In this document: positions 37,556-52,700 of the stretch, piece after piece | Layout: each line of letters opens with the position of its first letter | How positions within the stretch are numbered: the first letter of the stretch is position 1 | NCBI RefSeq assembly: GCF_000181795.1 | Contig: NW_003526943.1 | Span: forward strand, 11,646,007 to 11,710,006 | DNA length: 64,000 bases | Reading direction: 5' to 3' | DNA from: Trichinella spiralis | Lineage: Eukaryota | Position numbers and translations under genes: made by a program | Notes under the pieces: generated by a model | The model's database searches: none | The model's input: the letters and a program-made list of their open reading frames with translations, nothing else | What the model was told of the DNA's origin: nothing

Positions 37556-38785
37556 ATGGATTCCGCTGGCTCCTCACTTAGTGGTAAAATTCAAAGCTTT
37601 AAATTTGGAACAAACCTGAAAAATTCAAAGACAGCTGCAATATCAACTTCGAATGTTTTTGGCGATGAAGTCGACCAAGATGAACAGCCTGACGATCAAC
37701 CGAAAAGAGTATTATTATTTTCTGCCGATCAGGATTCAAATGAAGATACCAACGATACAGAGATTATTATACCTTCTATTCCAAATTCTTATTTTTCCGA
37801 CCAAACTGTACAAAATGACGAAGAGAAGAAAGTTGACGTTAACGTGTCGTCAAGATTGTTTGTTGATCAATACTCCAGCGAAAATGATATTGATTACGAT
37901 TCAGTACCTGTATCCGATTATGGAAAAGCGATTCTGAAAGGCCTTGGCTGGTGTGAAGGTAAAGGAATTGGAAAGACTCATCAGAAAGTTGTGGCAGTGA
38001 TTCATTCTGCTCCCCGACCGAAAGGATTAGGCCTGGGTGCGGTTTTGCCATCTGTTAAAAAGCCAAAAATCGACGAATCCGGTAAAACAGACGATTTATC
38101 TTTAAAAATTGGTGCTCTTGTTCGTTGGGATTCAAGTCATAATGGCACTTTGTATGGAAAAGTAATCAGTATGGATGAAGACAACTCTCGAGTGATGTGT
38201 CAAACTACTTTGTCGAAAAAGACCGTTAGTCTAAGTCAGTTCAGTATTACTGTAGTTACTGCTGATGAATATGCTGCTAAAGCAAAGTGCATTAATCAAT
38301 CGAAATTTGAAGAATACAAGAAAAAAAGTAAGAATGATAACAACATGAACAACACTATTCACATTAGGACTGGTGACGAACGGTTGAAAAATGAGAAACC
38401 CCAAACATCGGGAAGCCAGATCAGCCGTCCCAGAGGATGGGTTTATCCTCAGATTCGTGTACGCTTTGTTGATCGGAATTTTGCAAAAGGGAAATTTTAC
38501 AAACTGAAAGCTTACGTTGATGATGTGGTAGCACGTGGTTGTTGTACAATTGTTTTTGACAATGGCGAAGTACTAGAAAATGTCACAGAATCTCAAATTG
38601 AAACTGTTATTCCTCGTCAGGAGCAGAGCTCTGTTATGGTGGTTTGTGGAAAATTTTGTGGCCAGTTAGGCCGGATTATTCATCGCGATACAAGAAACTG
38701 CCGTGTTTTAGTTGCTTTAGCAGAAAATACTGTTGAATTGTCTTACGATGATGTTTGTGAATACATTGGCGAAACTGAAGATTGA
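37556..38785 (+). CDS. GPKOW: G-patch and KOW domain splicing factor (Spp2/MOS2 family), intronless
   Basis: G-patch DYDSVPVSDYGKAILKGLGWCEGKGIG..PRPKGLGLGA; C-terminal KOW/KIN17-like IRVRFVD..IETVIP..YDDVCEY. First ATG at 37556. Confidence 0.93.
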   Translation: MDSAGSSLSGKIQSFKFGTNLKNSKTAAISTSNVFGDEVDQDEQPDDQPKRVLLFSADQDSNEDTNDTEIIIPSIPNSYFSDQTVQNDEEKKVDVNVSSRLFVDQYSSENDIDYDSVPVSDYGKAILKGLGWCEGKGIGKTHQKVVAVIHSAPRPKGLGLGAVLPSVKKPKIDESGKTDDLSLKIGALVRWDSSHNGTLYGKVISMDEDNSRVMCQTTLSKKTVSLSQFSITVVTADEYAAKAKCINQSKFEEYKKKSKNDNNMNNTIHIRTGDERLKNEKPQTSGSQISRPRGWVYPQIRVRFVDRNFAKGKFYKLKAYVDDVVARGCCTIVFDNGEVLENVTESQIETVIPRQEQSSVMVVCGKFCGQLGRIIHRDTRNCRVLVALAENTVELSYDDVCEYIGETED

Positions 38786-41085
38786 ACTTAAACAGTTAGC
38801 ACATCTATACGATGCTATTTATCTTATTATTTATTGTTATGGCCAATTTTTGTTATTCTAATGTACTTTTTTATTATGTAATAAAGGGAATTTTGCTTAA
38901 ACCAAGAGCGATCACTTTATAATTTGAAAATGACTCGGAAAATATATTTTTCCATTTAAAAGCATTCGTTGATCAAGTTTAATCTACTTAACAGCTTCTC
39001 GCCTAAAATAGTTTTTTTTTAAATTACTCAATATGAAAAGTAACAATTATGTTTGCTTCATAATGTAATGTAAAGTAATAAAAGTATCGATCAATGATAT
39101 GTTAATGATTGCAATAACATAAATCAACGCCACTTAGAAGGTAATTTTTAGTTATTCATTGTTACATAATATTTATCAATTAATATTAGAAATAAAAATT
39201 ACCCAAAAAATATCAGAATACTTCACTTTTACTACTGTGCGTGTCAATTGATCAACAATTGAGTTTCAGGCCATATTTTACAAAATATGAATCGTTTATA
39301 AGTTTGGACACTGTAATGTGCAAAAACAAATGAAATAAGATATTCAGTATTGAAATGTTCTTAGTATTTTATTAGCCCATTGTTGCTGTTTTGCTCTTTC
39401 ATATAAAAACAGTAATTTTCGATTTTCAGATGGTATTTAAGTAATCTGAACCTCATTATATCAATCAAGAGAATAAAAAGCATATACTTGATGTTGCCTG
39501 TTGATTGTCGAATTGTTCAACCGTCGAATCACACCACACAGCCTCATACGACAAATTATAAAACTAATTTTCTGAATATTTTGAAATAAAGCTGTTTTTC
39601 TCGTTTTATTCAATAATTGTTTAATACAAGTTATATGTGATAAAACATCGAAAGAAACCACTTCTCAGTAACATGATAGTATATGATGATGGTTTATTAC
39701 AAATATTAGTTTAAAAACACTTGAAAACATTTTTGCTGCTTAACTGACTTGTAATTAAACATTTGATTATTCCGTATTACTTGATGTGTCATCTACGTTG
39801 ATGTACAAGATTTTAAAAGGATTTCAGAAATTAATTTGAAGCTAGTTTTTTTTGTAACTCTAAAATACCGGTAAAATATTCATAGAATTAAGTGAATACA
39901 TACCTCGTTTGCTCTCATGTATTGTGAACTGTAACGGCGGTAAAATTATTTTATGTATTACGGTAGAAGAATTAACTATTGCTTCTGAAGTTTTAATTTT
40001 TCCAGTTTAAAATGAGTGGCATAATTTTTGTATACCAAAAATAGCTTTTGCATATAATAACATTTTCCAATGGATTTCAGTATAGGAAGCTTTACATACT
40101 GTCGAACAATAAAAGTGTTATGTAGTTGAAAAATAAAATATTTGCGTGATTTGATGCATGATTCATGTCAATTGTTATGTGCCTATATCAGTTAATAAGC
40201 TATTTTTAAATAATATTTTAGCACTAATTTACTTTATTTATGTTTATATATTTATTATTTAAGCTGTGATTGTTTTTTTTTATTAATTCGGTAAATTAAG
40301 CAGCTGAATTGTAAGGTTTGTCAGACTTCAATTAAAATTTTTTTCGTATTTGGTTATACTACTTTTTCATATTTTCTGTGCTGTCAATTATTAGTTTAAT
40401 AGCTTACATTTTTTTACTAAAATAATTTTCAAGTATAATTTTTACTGTTAAAATTTAATTTAAAAATTTATCAGTCATGAGTTCATATGTCCAATTTTTA
40501 AAATTTAGTTTCTGCTTAATTTTAATCCCAAAATTATTTATGATTTTTTTTTCTTTTTCAACTTTTCATATAATCATGAAATAGTTGCTAAAACAGCTAT
40601 TTTCAAGTTAATAACAAGTGTTGTTTTTTGTTACATTGTTTTTCCAGTTTTTTGTTGCTTGCAGATTTCTGTACTGTAATTTTCGCACTTTTTACTATTT
40701 TCAAGGTTAGATTTATGTCATGATGTATTACGTGAAACAAATTGAAATGGTGAAAATGAATACATCAAACAATTAAATTTGAAAAGCGTAATCTAAATTT
40801 AACATATTTTTTTAAAATTTTTCGATAAAATTTTAAGAAATACACAAAAATTAAATAAATCAATGTGATTTGATCAAAGAAATAATTTTCTTAACATTAC
40901 ATGCACGTTTATTTCGAAAAATACATAAATACCTGATTAAGGTTAACAACAAAAGAAATTCATAGGTTAATCAAGCGAAGAATTCAACTTTAAGCTTAAA
41001 ATTAAAATACGTGCATAGTGCATTTTAAATATAAAACACCCAATCAGTCATTTGTTCGATTTCTATTTCGTTACATTCCATAATT

Positions 41086-41792
41086 TCATTCTTCTTCAAG
41101 CGCTTCTCGGAACACCTCGAAATTTAGAGAATCTGCATAATCCCGAGCTCGTTTCGCTTCCATTGGCCTAAAGTAGAAGATGCTTTATATTCCAAAGTAT
41201 TTCACTGTTGTGCTATGGGTGAAGTTTTTTACGTTTGAAAAAAAACCGTCACCATGCGTTCTCCGTGGTGCGTATCTACACGAACGTTCGTAATTTTTCC
41301 GGCATAACGAAAATGCGTCATAACACTAAGTATGACAATCTGTTCAGGCAACCAGATGGGGATATCTCTAACAACAACAGCGTGTTGCATCCTATTATAA
41401 AAAATTATAAATTTTGGGTCAAAATAAACACAATCATATGGTAAACACAGAAAACAAAAATGTAATATAAAGCTAATTAAATTCATTATGATACATTTCC
41501 ATATTAAAAAAAGTTCAAAAAAAATGTCACCTTCACACATAAATTAATGAATAAACAAACCAATTTTATTTGTAGAACAATAAACTCATATTTCATTGAA
41601 ATTTCAAAATTTCATAGAAAAATAAATCTTCTTTAAACGGATAAAGTTGCTAATAACTTGAAGAGAAAAAATTAACTTAAATTTTTAATACTGACAATGA
41701 AAAAATACATATTTTCCAATTTACCTGACAATTACACATCCAGAACAATTACATGTTGAGGTACCCGGTTCCGTTTCCGGTAATTGGACCAT
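41086..41792 (-). CDS. Small (102 aa) protein with CxCxxC motif and an RRM-like domain, 3 exons
   Basis: Exons 41792-41725, 41391-41233 and 41167-41086 join through GT-AG introns into 309 nt: MVQLPETEPGTSTCNCSGCVIVRMQHAVVVRDIPIWLPEQIVILSVMTHFRYAGKITNVRVDTHHGERMVTVFFQTPMEAKRARDYADSLNFEVFREALEEE*. The pattern VVVRDIP..F..AGKITNVRV..VTVFF.T..EA.RA resembles an RRM. Confidence 0.7.
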
Positions 41793-43743
41793 CGTAATGT
41801 CGAACAGCAACAAAATCTAAATTAATTACTAGTATTGTTATTGATAAACAAGTCTGTTAACGAACAAATCATTAAATAATGCGAACTTTTCCACGATACG
41901 AAATGTTCGCTTTCTTAAATTCAATATGTAAAATTTGCTAGCAATTTCAAAATGATCAAATACCGCAGTATACTATCAAGTTCAATTTAAATGTTCTGCT
42001 TACGTCAAAATTCTATTGAAAATCCACCACACGCGAATGGTTAATGACTTCAGTAGACAGGAAAACTTTATCTGTGATACTCTAAAGCTGAAATTAAAAG
42101 CTGAATTTTAATCACTTTAAAATTTTCAATGTAACTAATCTGTCTAGCTGTGATACACAATAATACAAAACTAATATCAGACGGAAAAATAACAAAGAAT
42201 GCCAAGCTACAGTAAGACAGTGTGAAATTTGAACAAAAGAAATTGCTTTTGTATTTAGCTATTTAATTGGTGAATTTAAAATAAATATTAACTATTTAAG
42301 TTTTAGATTCAATTACGAAATCCTTTTTTTGATTTTATCGTTATGTATAAAGTGAAATTATTTTTTATAAATGTTGACCTACTTGTTGCTGTAAAACGTA
42401 AATATTTATTTATTTATAAAATACAGTTTTATTTTGAAATTTCTAGTCAATATTATCATCATTTTTAAAAATTAACTGTGCTGTTTGCATTAATTTACAA
42501 TTGATGTTACATTCCTGTCAAATTTTAGTTACAGTATTCTTTCAGTCATTCCTCAAATAATTTATTTTGAAAAACTTGTTATTATTTAATTATTTTTTTA
42601 TCTGTCCCTCATTAGCGACTGGGATATTTTAAGGTAAAGGAAGCTGAACAATGTATTTCTTGATTTTTTATGATTATATTAGATACATTTATAATTGTAT
42701 GTTCGTGCAGAATGTAGCTCGAAAAATGGAAAATGCAACTGAATAAAAATTAACTGCTCTGAAATTCAACTTGACACGATGTGAGAATAATAAATTGCCG
42801 AATTGCAGTATTTCATGATGATTTTATCTCATTGTTGAATGTTTTTTCTGTTTTTAATGAAATTTACGTTTGATGTTGTAAATTATAAATGTATCAGTTA
42901 ATCTGAGATGCGTGCATTTCACTTGCAGATGGATATGGCACTGGCACATTTTGCAACTTTTTATATAAATATAAATAAATTTATGCATGCATGCCAATGC
43001 GAATGTGTGCATATTTGAATATTTTTAAACGTAAACTGTTTTTTTTTTGCACATTGTACTGTGGCCAATTTTCATTTTTATTTAGAATGTAATAAAATAT
43101 TATGAATTTACTTCAAACTTTAAAAGTTATTTTATATTATGTGACAATAGTCAATAATTTAATTTAGCAGTGTTTTTATCCGAGTGCAAAATTTATTGAT
43201 ATAAATGTAATTTTGGGAGATTACACGACGATAATTTTGCATTTTTAACATATAAATTAAATGCTCATTAAAGATGCTTAATGTTAGTGCTTAAGGTTGA
43301 TTTAGAAGAGAATTTTATTTTGTAAGATTGTTTGCGTTAATGCTGTAAATATTTATTGGTGCTGTTTATTGTGATTTCATGCATAAATAGCTGTCGCTGT
43401 TTGAACTGTTAATTTTTTCAACGTAAAAAGGATATGCATTGATGTGAAATAATTATATATTTGAAGAAATGATGCTATTGCATCATATTGGTCGCAGAAG
43501 ATTGTTATTTTGCATTTTGAAAGAATATATTTTATTCTTTTTTTATGAAAAAGCATTTTATACTGAATTTTGAAAGATTTTAAATCACCAATTGCTTTCA
43601 TGTTCTTATTGCTTTAATTTGATTAGTTTATCATTTTCTTTTTTAGAATATTTTAATATTATTAACAGAATTTATTATTTTGATATTAAACATTTATTTT
43701 ATTTTATTTTTTATTGTACTAACAAAGCAGTTTTTTAAGCTGA

Positions 43744-46700
43744 ATGTCGATGAAACGTGAGCATTCAGTTGATGAATCCACCATGGCTGATGTGCCGATG
43801 GCCAAAAGATTGCGTCGAAGCGCTTTAAGTAGTGCTGCCGAAGAGCAGGTTTGTTTGTAAAAAAGTTTAATAATTTATAATAAATAATTTTGTTTACCTA
43901 AACAATATTTAGGCTCGTTTGTGTCGTGAATTGTTTACAAGTTTACGTGAATTCACGAATAGTGAGGGTGCTTACATCAGTCGTCCTTTTTTGCGGCTTC
44001 CTTCAAAGAAGTGAGGATTGTTTACAAAGATTTGGTAAAATTGTTGTTTGAAGTTGATTTTAGCGATTGAGCTTCAGTATTGCATTATTTATCATTATTT
44101 GTATATGCTTAACATCTTCTCAACGGACATCTTTATATATTTGTTTATTTAAATTAATATATGAATATATCTTAAACTGTATCTGCTATGTTTGTAAAGG
44201 TTTTGCAAATTTAATAGAGCGTATTGTTTCTTTTTGTACAACTTTTCTTTTTTAGAATTATTATTGTATGTAGAAAAAGAAAATCTTATTGATTTTTTAA
44301 AATAATTTGCAGCAATTGCATTGTTTGTTTTTCGTATAATAATTTGAGTTTGAGTGATTGAAATTAATCAGCAAACTAAATGAATCAAGATAATGCTCTA
44401 GCTCAGCGAAAGTAGAAGAAGAATCAATTTCAGAGTTAATCATATTTGATGATTTATTTGAAATTATCAATTGTAATTTGTAATTTTTAATAAGCAACTA
44501 TTACAAAATTGATTTTTTAATTTCAATTATATTATATAGTTGTATGAAATGGAAGGCCAGTTATTATTATTATTATTGTTATTATGATTTAGGAGTCTTC
44601 CAGAATATTACAGTGTAATTGAAAATCCAATTGATTTGACGCAAATTCACGAAAAAGTGAAAACTGACGAATATTCGCATGTTGATCGATTTATGGAAGA
44701 TATAAATTTATTGGTTGAAAATGCGAAACGCTTTTATGGTGTAAGGGCGATTAGGGGAGAAAAGTAATGTTGAAAATTTTTTTGAATAAAATATTTTTTC
44801 TTCTTTCAGGAAGGTTCGTCAGAACATGCGGATGCTAGTGAATTGTGGAATCAAATTTTGGAATTGCGCAGCAAACAAGAGTACAACAGTGATTCGCATT
44901 CTGAGATCAGTACACGTTCTCCGGAAAGTTCACCATCGAGATCCAGCAGAAGTTACAGGTATGTTTATAGAATACAATGTGCAAAGGATGGGAAAAGTAT
45001 ATTATAATTTTTTTTCTTTATGTTCAGATCGTTCAGTCCTCATCGTCTGCATAGGACGAAAGAAAATCCAAGTCCAATGTCCGGCTGTGAGCCAGTATCA
45101 GCGCATGTTTTTGAACATCTACTGGCCTGTGTGTTGAGGGAAAGATCCGAAGTCGGTGGTCGTTTGCTTTGCGACGCTTTTCGTCTGTTGCCTTCGAAAG
45201 AGGTAGGTTGTGTTGTGCATTCAACGTGTGGATTGATTTGTTTTCGATTAGCATATTACAGCGTCTGCTAATTTTTCTCTTTTTTTAATATTCAGCTCTG
45301 GCCAGATTATTACGAAACAATCCGAGATCCAATTGATCTGCAACTAATTGCAAAACGAGTTCGATCTGGGCGTTATAGAAATTTAAATGACATCGAAAGG
45401 GATTTCAATTTGCTCTGTCGAAACGCTCGATTATTCAACGAACCAGGTTCTCAAGTTTATCGGGTAATGTGGTGATAAAGAAAAACGAAAAAAAAAATTA
45501 AAATTTCAAAATTTCTTCTTCTCTAGGACGCCAAAAGTATCCGGAAATTCATTTTGAAGAAAAAAGCCGAATTGCTCGATGCGGGTTGCAAATCTATTGA
45601 CCGAAACTTGTAATAATTTTTAATTTTTATTTATTCAATGTTTACTTTTTTATGCAAATAAATAAATGCATCAGAAGTATGTTTGTTTGTTTGTTGTTGT
45701 TGTTTATTCAAGGTCTTTTCTTTATTTCAGAATGTCAAATGATTCAGCAGTTGTTGATCGTTTGTTGAATTTGACAGAAAAAGATTTAGCTATGGAAGAA
45801 GATTCGGATGACGAACAATTGCCATTGGAGACCGAACGACAAGTGAAATATTTGTACAGCTTTTTACGCAACTGGCGTGAAAATGGTGCCGACCAAAGCA
45901 TCGTTGAACCTTTTCTACGTCTGCCGGACAAAAGGTAAGTACACAAATAAATGCATTATTATAAACTATAGGAATAAAATTAAAAAAAATAAACGACTTA
46001 TATTATTTTATATTAGATTAGCTAATAGTAATTGTGAATTATGTCGATGTGGGGGAGTAGAAGCAAAAGTAAGCATTCTGTTGTCGTTGTTGTATAAGAA
46101 GTTTATTCAACAGAGGGGTAGTAGTAGTAGTAGTAGTAGCTAGCGCGTAATAATAGTTGGTAATAATAATAGTGACGCAAAGTCAGCCAAGCAAGATTTG
46201 CCAGTTTGCTTTTGCTTTTACACCGTTGTCATTATCGTCATTATTGTTGCTGATCAATTGTAAGATTTCCTCCTCCCCCCCCCCACCCTCTGCCTTGCCC
46301 TGCCCTGTCCCCTTTGTACTGACTTTGTCGATTGTATTTCGTTCGTTCGTTTCTTTCAATATGCAACAGTGTTGTTATTTTTAATTTTGTTTTATTGATT
46401 TATTATTTTTTGATTGCTGCATTTTGCTTTAATTAATTTCTTTTTTCTTCAGTATAAGATGAAAGGTGTTGTATTTTAGGTAGGATACATTGTTTCACTT
46501 CATTCACTGGGCAGTATTATTTTCTTCTTGTCGCTCCAAATCATCCATCTAGTGCAAAATATAGTCGCATAAAATTGCAACAATGCTAATTGTGTAGAAT
46601 TGCATTATTTGCTTGTTTGCAATTTTGAGCTTTCACGAAGAAAAACATTTCTTTCCAATCTTGCATGTTTTGTTGTGTGGGATAATTTTTTTTCCATCAA

Positions 46701-49700
46701 ACGAATTTGCATTCTTTTTTGAAAATGAAGTTTGTGTATTATGGTTTTTTTTTGTTTCATTGTTGTTGTTGTTGCTGCTGCTTGTTGGAAGCAAGTGTGA
46801 GAAAATGGAAATGAATTCGCTTGCACTTGAGCAACATTTTTTGAATAGCATTTATTATTTATTAGCTTGCAAAGCAAAATGAAAAAATAATTTTTTTTTC
46901 ATCGTTCATTCTGTTGAAAATTTTAATGTCGAAATTTTTTAATTTTTTTAGAACAAACGCTGAATATTATAATAACGTCGAGTCGCCTGTTTCATTTTTT
47001 GTTATCAACAAGCGGCTGAAGGTGCGTGTGTGTGTGTGTTTGTGTGTGGGTTGTTGGAATTAAAGCACGGAATGAATATCTATTACGCATCGACACACAC
47101 GCGCAACTGTTTCTTTTGCTTATTTCATTTCTCTTTTCAGAATGGCTGCTATGAAAATGTGAACGCGCTTCTTGAAGACATCGTTCAACTTTGCTCCAAC
47201 GCCAAAGCGACCAATTTGCAAAATTCATTTTTGTACAATGTCAGTGAGCGGGTTTTATTTTATTATTATTATTTAAATTCTATTTCAATAATTCTCTTCT
47301 CCTTTTCTAATTATTAATTAGTATGAATCTCATTTGTCGATGATGAATAATGTGATAGAATTACGATTGTTGTATGCATATATATTGTCGTGTATAATTA
47401 TTTCAGCGAGCTGTGAAACTGGAAGAACTTGCTTGCAGAAAAGTGCGTGAAATTAACAACATGCCTGGCACTTCTGAACCAGTTAAGTTCATAATGCATA
47501 CATTGTTTGTATTTAATAATTTTTTGAAAAAAATGCATATATATGTATGTATGTATGTATTCGTTTGTTTAGTGCACATCAACTTCAGCTGGTAGGGCAG
47601 ATTATTTAGAGGTGGATGATTCAGAAAGTGGATTTTCATCGGTCAATTCTCCGGCTGTTCAAATGGATACCACTTCTACTGATCTGGACGAATCTCAAGC
47701 AGTGTTTAAAGAAAAATTGTTAACTATTTTCAACGCTGTTGTCAATTATCGAGTAATTAAGAATAATAATAATAATAATAATTAATAATAATAATTATTA
47801 TTATTATTAAATTTTTAAAAATATTGTTTTGTTGAACACAGGATGAAACGGGTCGTTTTGTTGCATCGGCGTTTATGGAAAAGCCGTCGAAAAAGCTTTA
47901 TCCAGATTATTACAAGGTGATTCCTGAACCGATCGATTTGAACACAATTCGAAATGCGATCGAAGCGGACAAGGTATAAAAATTGCAAAATGCATTAAAA
48001 AACAAGCAAATATTATATTTTCCCCCATAATTTATTTCATACTTTGTTTATTTGTTTTTAGTATTCATCGTCGCAAGCTTTGGCTGCAGATTTTGAATTG
48101 CTCTTTGAAAATGCTCGTCATTACAACGAAGATTATTCAGTGATCTACACGGACGCGAATACGTTGAATCGAATTTTCCTGGCGACAATGAGTCGAGTCT
48201 GTCCAACGCCCATCTATTCAACTAAAGCTAATCATTTCATCAACAGGGGCAGGTATGTTGTTGTTGTTGCTAGTGATGAGCAAACATTTTTGATTTGTGT
48301 TTTTTTTTTCAAATTTTGTTTAATTTACACTTTTTTTTCAAAAATTTTATTCATCAGAAAATCATTTTCACGTGAAAGCACTTTGGGCGGCTGCTTGAGA
48401 TTGCGAAGTGGAAGTGATGCTGCTAATACCATTACCACCACCACCACTGCTATTACTGCTCCTAGCGTTGCTGCTAGTATTGCTGCTGCTACTGCTAGTC
48501 CTGTACAGCGCTTTCAGAGAGCAGCAGCAGCTCGTGGCGTTGGCTTGTGCAACAACAATTTGGAGGTGAAATTGCAAACTCTGTTCAGAAGAGTCAGAGA
48601 TTATGCCGACTGCAGGGGTCGGGTTCTTTCGACCATGTTCCAAAAATTGCCCCCAAAAAGTGTAAGCAAAAGAAAACGTTTTGAAACAAAAATTACCATC
48701 ATGTATGCAAATTAATTTGGTCGATTTTCTATTTTCTCACCAGGACTATCCAGATTATTACGAAGTGATCAAGAAACCGATTGACTTGCAAAAAATTCAA
48801 TCCAGAATTATGCTTGGCCAGTATGAAAGATTGGACGCCTTGGTGGCTGATTTGGCTTTGGTTTTCGACAATGCTTGCAAATACAATGATCCTGAATCGC
48901 AAATTTATAAAGTTTATTCATATTTTCATTTGGTTTTGTTTCATATTCATAGTCATATTCATATTATTATTATTATCAGGATGCTGTGATGTTGCAAAGA
49001 GTGATGTTGCTTAAACAAGCTGAATTGCAAAGTGATGAAAAAACTCGCGGATCAGTCGATGTGCAAGTTGCTGTTCAAGAACTTTTGATGAATCTCTTCT
49101 TGGGCATGCAAACATACATTGTAAGCTGAAAGGCTTTTTTCAATCTCAAAGATGAAAAAGGAAATGACTGGTGCAGTAGTATTTTTGCATTTATGCAATG
49201 TATTTTTTAGGGTTCCCAGGGACGATGTGTTTTCGATTCTTTTTATCGAATGCAAGAAATCTTCGACGTGGATAAGTAAAGTTTTTTGTTGTTGTCATAT
49301 TTATAAGCAAAAAGTTAATTAATTTTCCATTCCATTTTTTCAGAGAATCATTGACATTCGAAAGAATAAAAAGGAATTTAGAAAAAGTATTCTCCCACAA
49401 AATAATTATTATTTATTTCGCATGATAAAATAAGTTTTTTTATTATTTCAGAAGCGGTATCGTCGCATGGATCGTTTCCAGCAGGACATTTTTCATTTGT
49501 TTTCAGAGATTCGTCGCTACAAAGGCCCCGGTGACCAGGTTGTTGTTTGTAATTTGTCATTATTCCATATGCCGATATATTGATCGATTGATGGATTCAT
49601 AATTTAATTATTTTTTTATTTTTTATTTGTCACATTTTTAGATGTGGAATGATGCGATCGAATTGCAGACATTTTTTATAAGAACTCGAGATCAGTTGGC

Positions 49701-52700
49701 TAAACGTGGTGAATGGTTTTACTCTCCAGCAATGGCGTTCAGTGAAAAAGATTTGCATCGAGAAGTTGAAGAAGATTGTAAAGCTTTCAAACTGAGAAGT
49801 GAAATAGAAGAGAAAAGAGATCACCTGAAAACTTTACTCAGTAAACATAAGGTAATTAATTATTTGACAATGGATTTAATTACTGTTGAAATGTATCGAC
49901 AATTTTATTAAATTCATACGATCCAAGTTCATTTATTTCTTTCATTGGTAGCTGGGCGATGTCGATATGACAAAGCACGAATGGAATGGAGTGTGCTATT
50001 GTATAGGCGATTTTGCTTATGTGAAACCGATCGATACCAATTCTACACGCATGCATATAATGCAAATACACCGTCTTTGGAAAGACTCTGGCACCAATGA
50101 GATGATGGTATTTGGACGATGGTTATACCAACCTTGGGAAACTTATCATTTGCTGAGTCGAACATTTTTGCAAAACGTACAACAAACAATTGGAAATTTT
50201 GAAAAAATAAATATTTTTTTCCCAATAATTTGCGATTATTATTTTTATTTTTAGGAAGTATTTTTGAGTGAAAAGTTCGATCACATCGACGCGAAACGTC
50301 TTTCTGGCAAATGCTGTGTATTATTTATTAAAAAATATTTGCAGTATCGAGTTTTGGTATGCAAAACGATATTTTTTCTTTTTCTTTTGTTGCATATTTT
50401 TTTTCTATTTCTATTTTTAGAATTTCGACGAAAAAGATGTATATGTATGTGAATCTTTGTACATCAAACGTGGAAAACAGTTTCGCAAGTTGCTTGTAAG
50501 GGGGATATTTTAAAATTGAAATTGTGAATGAATTTGAAAAAAATGTTTATTTATTTATTTATTTATTTATTAAATTATTTAAATCTACTCAGACTTGGGA
50601 TACTGATCTGCCTGGAGCAGAGTGGCTGCAGTTGGAAGAGAGGTCTGAACCGTTGGTACCTGTTAGAGTTCCGTCCATTTTTGCCCAAACCAACGAGCAA
50701 CAGCAATCTTCTGCTGGAAATGTTTCATTCGAAGATTTGGATCATGATTGTTCTGTTTTACAAATGGAACGAGTGGTAAATAAATAATATTACTGTATTA
50801 TTAATTGAGAATAGGATTTGTGGTATTTTTTTTCTTACTCTTACTCTTCTATCAAGGAGGTAATTGCGCCAAACAACAATTCCAATCAAACTGGTGAAGT
50901 GGATTTTGAACAGCTTTACGCGCAGGAGGGTATTTGGCTGAAGCTCGGAGACAGTGTTTACGTGCGCAATTCGGATGGTGATTCGAAAATTGTATTCGTT
51001 GAACGACTCTGGAAAGCCGGGAACAAGTTATTTATTAAAATGGAAAACAAAATATGTAAAATGATAATTTTTTTGTTGTTGTCATGTCTTTTAGCCAAGC
51101 TTTCTTGTCTGGTGTTACTTTTGTCGATCCGAGTCGTGTGGAACACGAACCAACTCGTCTGTTTTATCGAAATGAACTGTTCGCCCTGGACAACAGCCAG
51201 TCGTATCCAGTATCCAGTGTTTATGGTCTCTGTGCAGTTTTGTCTTACAAAGATTATTGCGCATGTAAATTTATTTTGCTGTTCACTGTTGTGAATGATG
51301 TAGATTTGACTTTTCGCGTTTCTCTTCTCTTTCAGTTCGACCCACTGAACTGACTGAAGAGCAGATCTATTTGTGCGATTTGAGGGTCGTCTTGGGCCAG
51401 CAGTCGAAATTAATTATTCCCGAGAGTCATGAAAAGAAATTCCGATTTAAGGTAATTTTTTTTAGCTTTTGTTTCTTCTCTCTATCCTGGCTGCGAATGG
51501 TGTTATTATTTTTTGTTTCAGGCATTCCGTTTAAGCGCTGATGTACTCGAAGATGAAATATTGTTCTTCAAGAAGACCGTCTTGCCAGAAAAAGTACAAT
51601 TTATTCATTTTTATTAAAATTTTTGGAAAAATATGTTCAAGTGTAAAGTACTAATCGTCATAATAATAACAGTAGAACTTCAAAATGTCAAACAAGAATA
51701 AAATTTGATCACTTTTGTTTGATTGAGCATGTCTAGATTAAGCCTCACGTTGTGTACAATGTAGGCTGATAGGCAAAAGTGAAGAAAGAAGTTGTTTGTT
51801 TTGTTCAGGCTCTTCTGTTGGAGTAATTTTATTTGATTTTACAACTAACTGATTAGCTGAAATCAAAGCAAAAAAAAACAAATTCTACTATTTCTGCATT
51901 ATTATTTATTATTTATTGTTCAGGTTGCATCACCATATTTGATGAAAAGAGAACTGGCGATGAATATGGACGATTACGTTGCCGACAGTCCCGACCAAGA
52001 CTCATCTGATCAATTCATGTTCCACGTATTTGGATGAAGAAATTTTAATTTTTCGTTGTTTATTCTTTTGCTGTTGTTGCAGGATATACAGTCGACACCG
52101 AAATTAACTTCGAGATCGAAGAGCGGTTATATACTTTTTTCGGCCGTGGCCAGGAAGCGAATTATGGCCGAAAATCCGGACTGTTCATTCGGATCGATAA
52201 GCAAAATTGTCGGTGCTGAGGTAGGTGATTTGATTTGATTTGATTTGAATTTGAATTTTATTGCAATTTTCCATTCATTATGCAAATGTGGATGTGTTTT
52301 TTAAATATTTTGTTTTTTTTGCTGTATAGTGGAAAAAGTTGTCAAAAAGTGAAAAAAAACGTTACGAAGAAGAAGCTCAGCGTATTGCTGAAGAGCGTGA
52401 AAAAGCGGATGCAGACGTTGGTGGTCGTTTTCATCTTCTGCCTGGTCAGATTCGTGTTTATTGTTGTCGTTGGAAAGATTGTGATTATCAATTTGAAAAC
52501 GCAGAACAGTTGAACGAACACGTCACTAACGTTCACACTGCTCAAATAGGTAACAACAACAGCAACAACTGTTGGCATTTTTATGCATTTTGCCGCCAAA
52601 AAATTTATGATAATTTATTTGTTCAGTAGAAACGGGCGACAATCAGTACGTCTGCTTGTGGCATACTTGTACAAAATACAGAAAAGATGGAAAGTAAATA

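Noticed and set aside
39487..39547. Possible first exon MRLCGVIRRLNNSTINRQHQ (minus strand)
   Set aside because: The nearest acceptor gives an immediate stop and no downstream coding exon was found.
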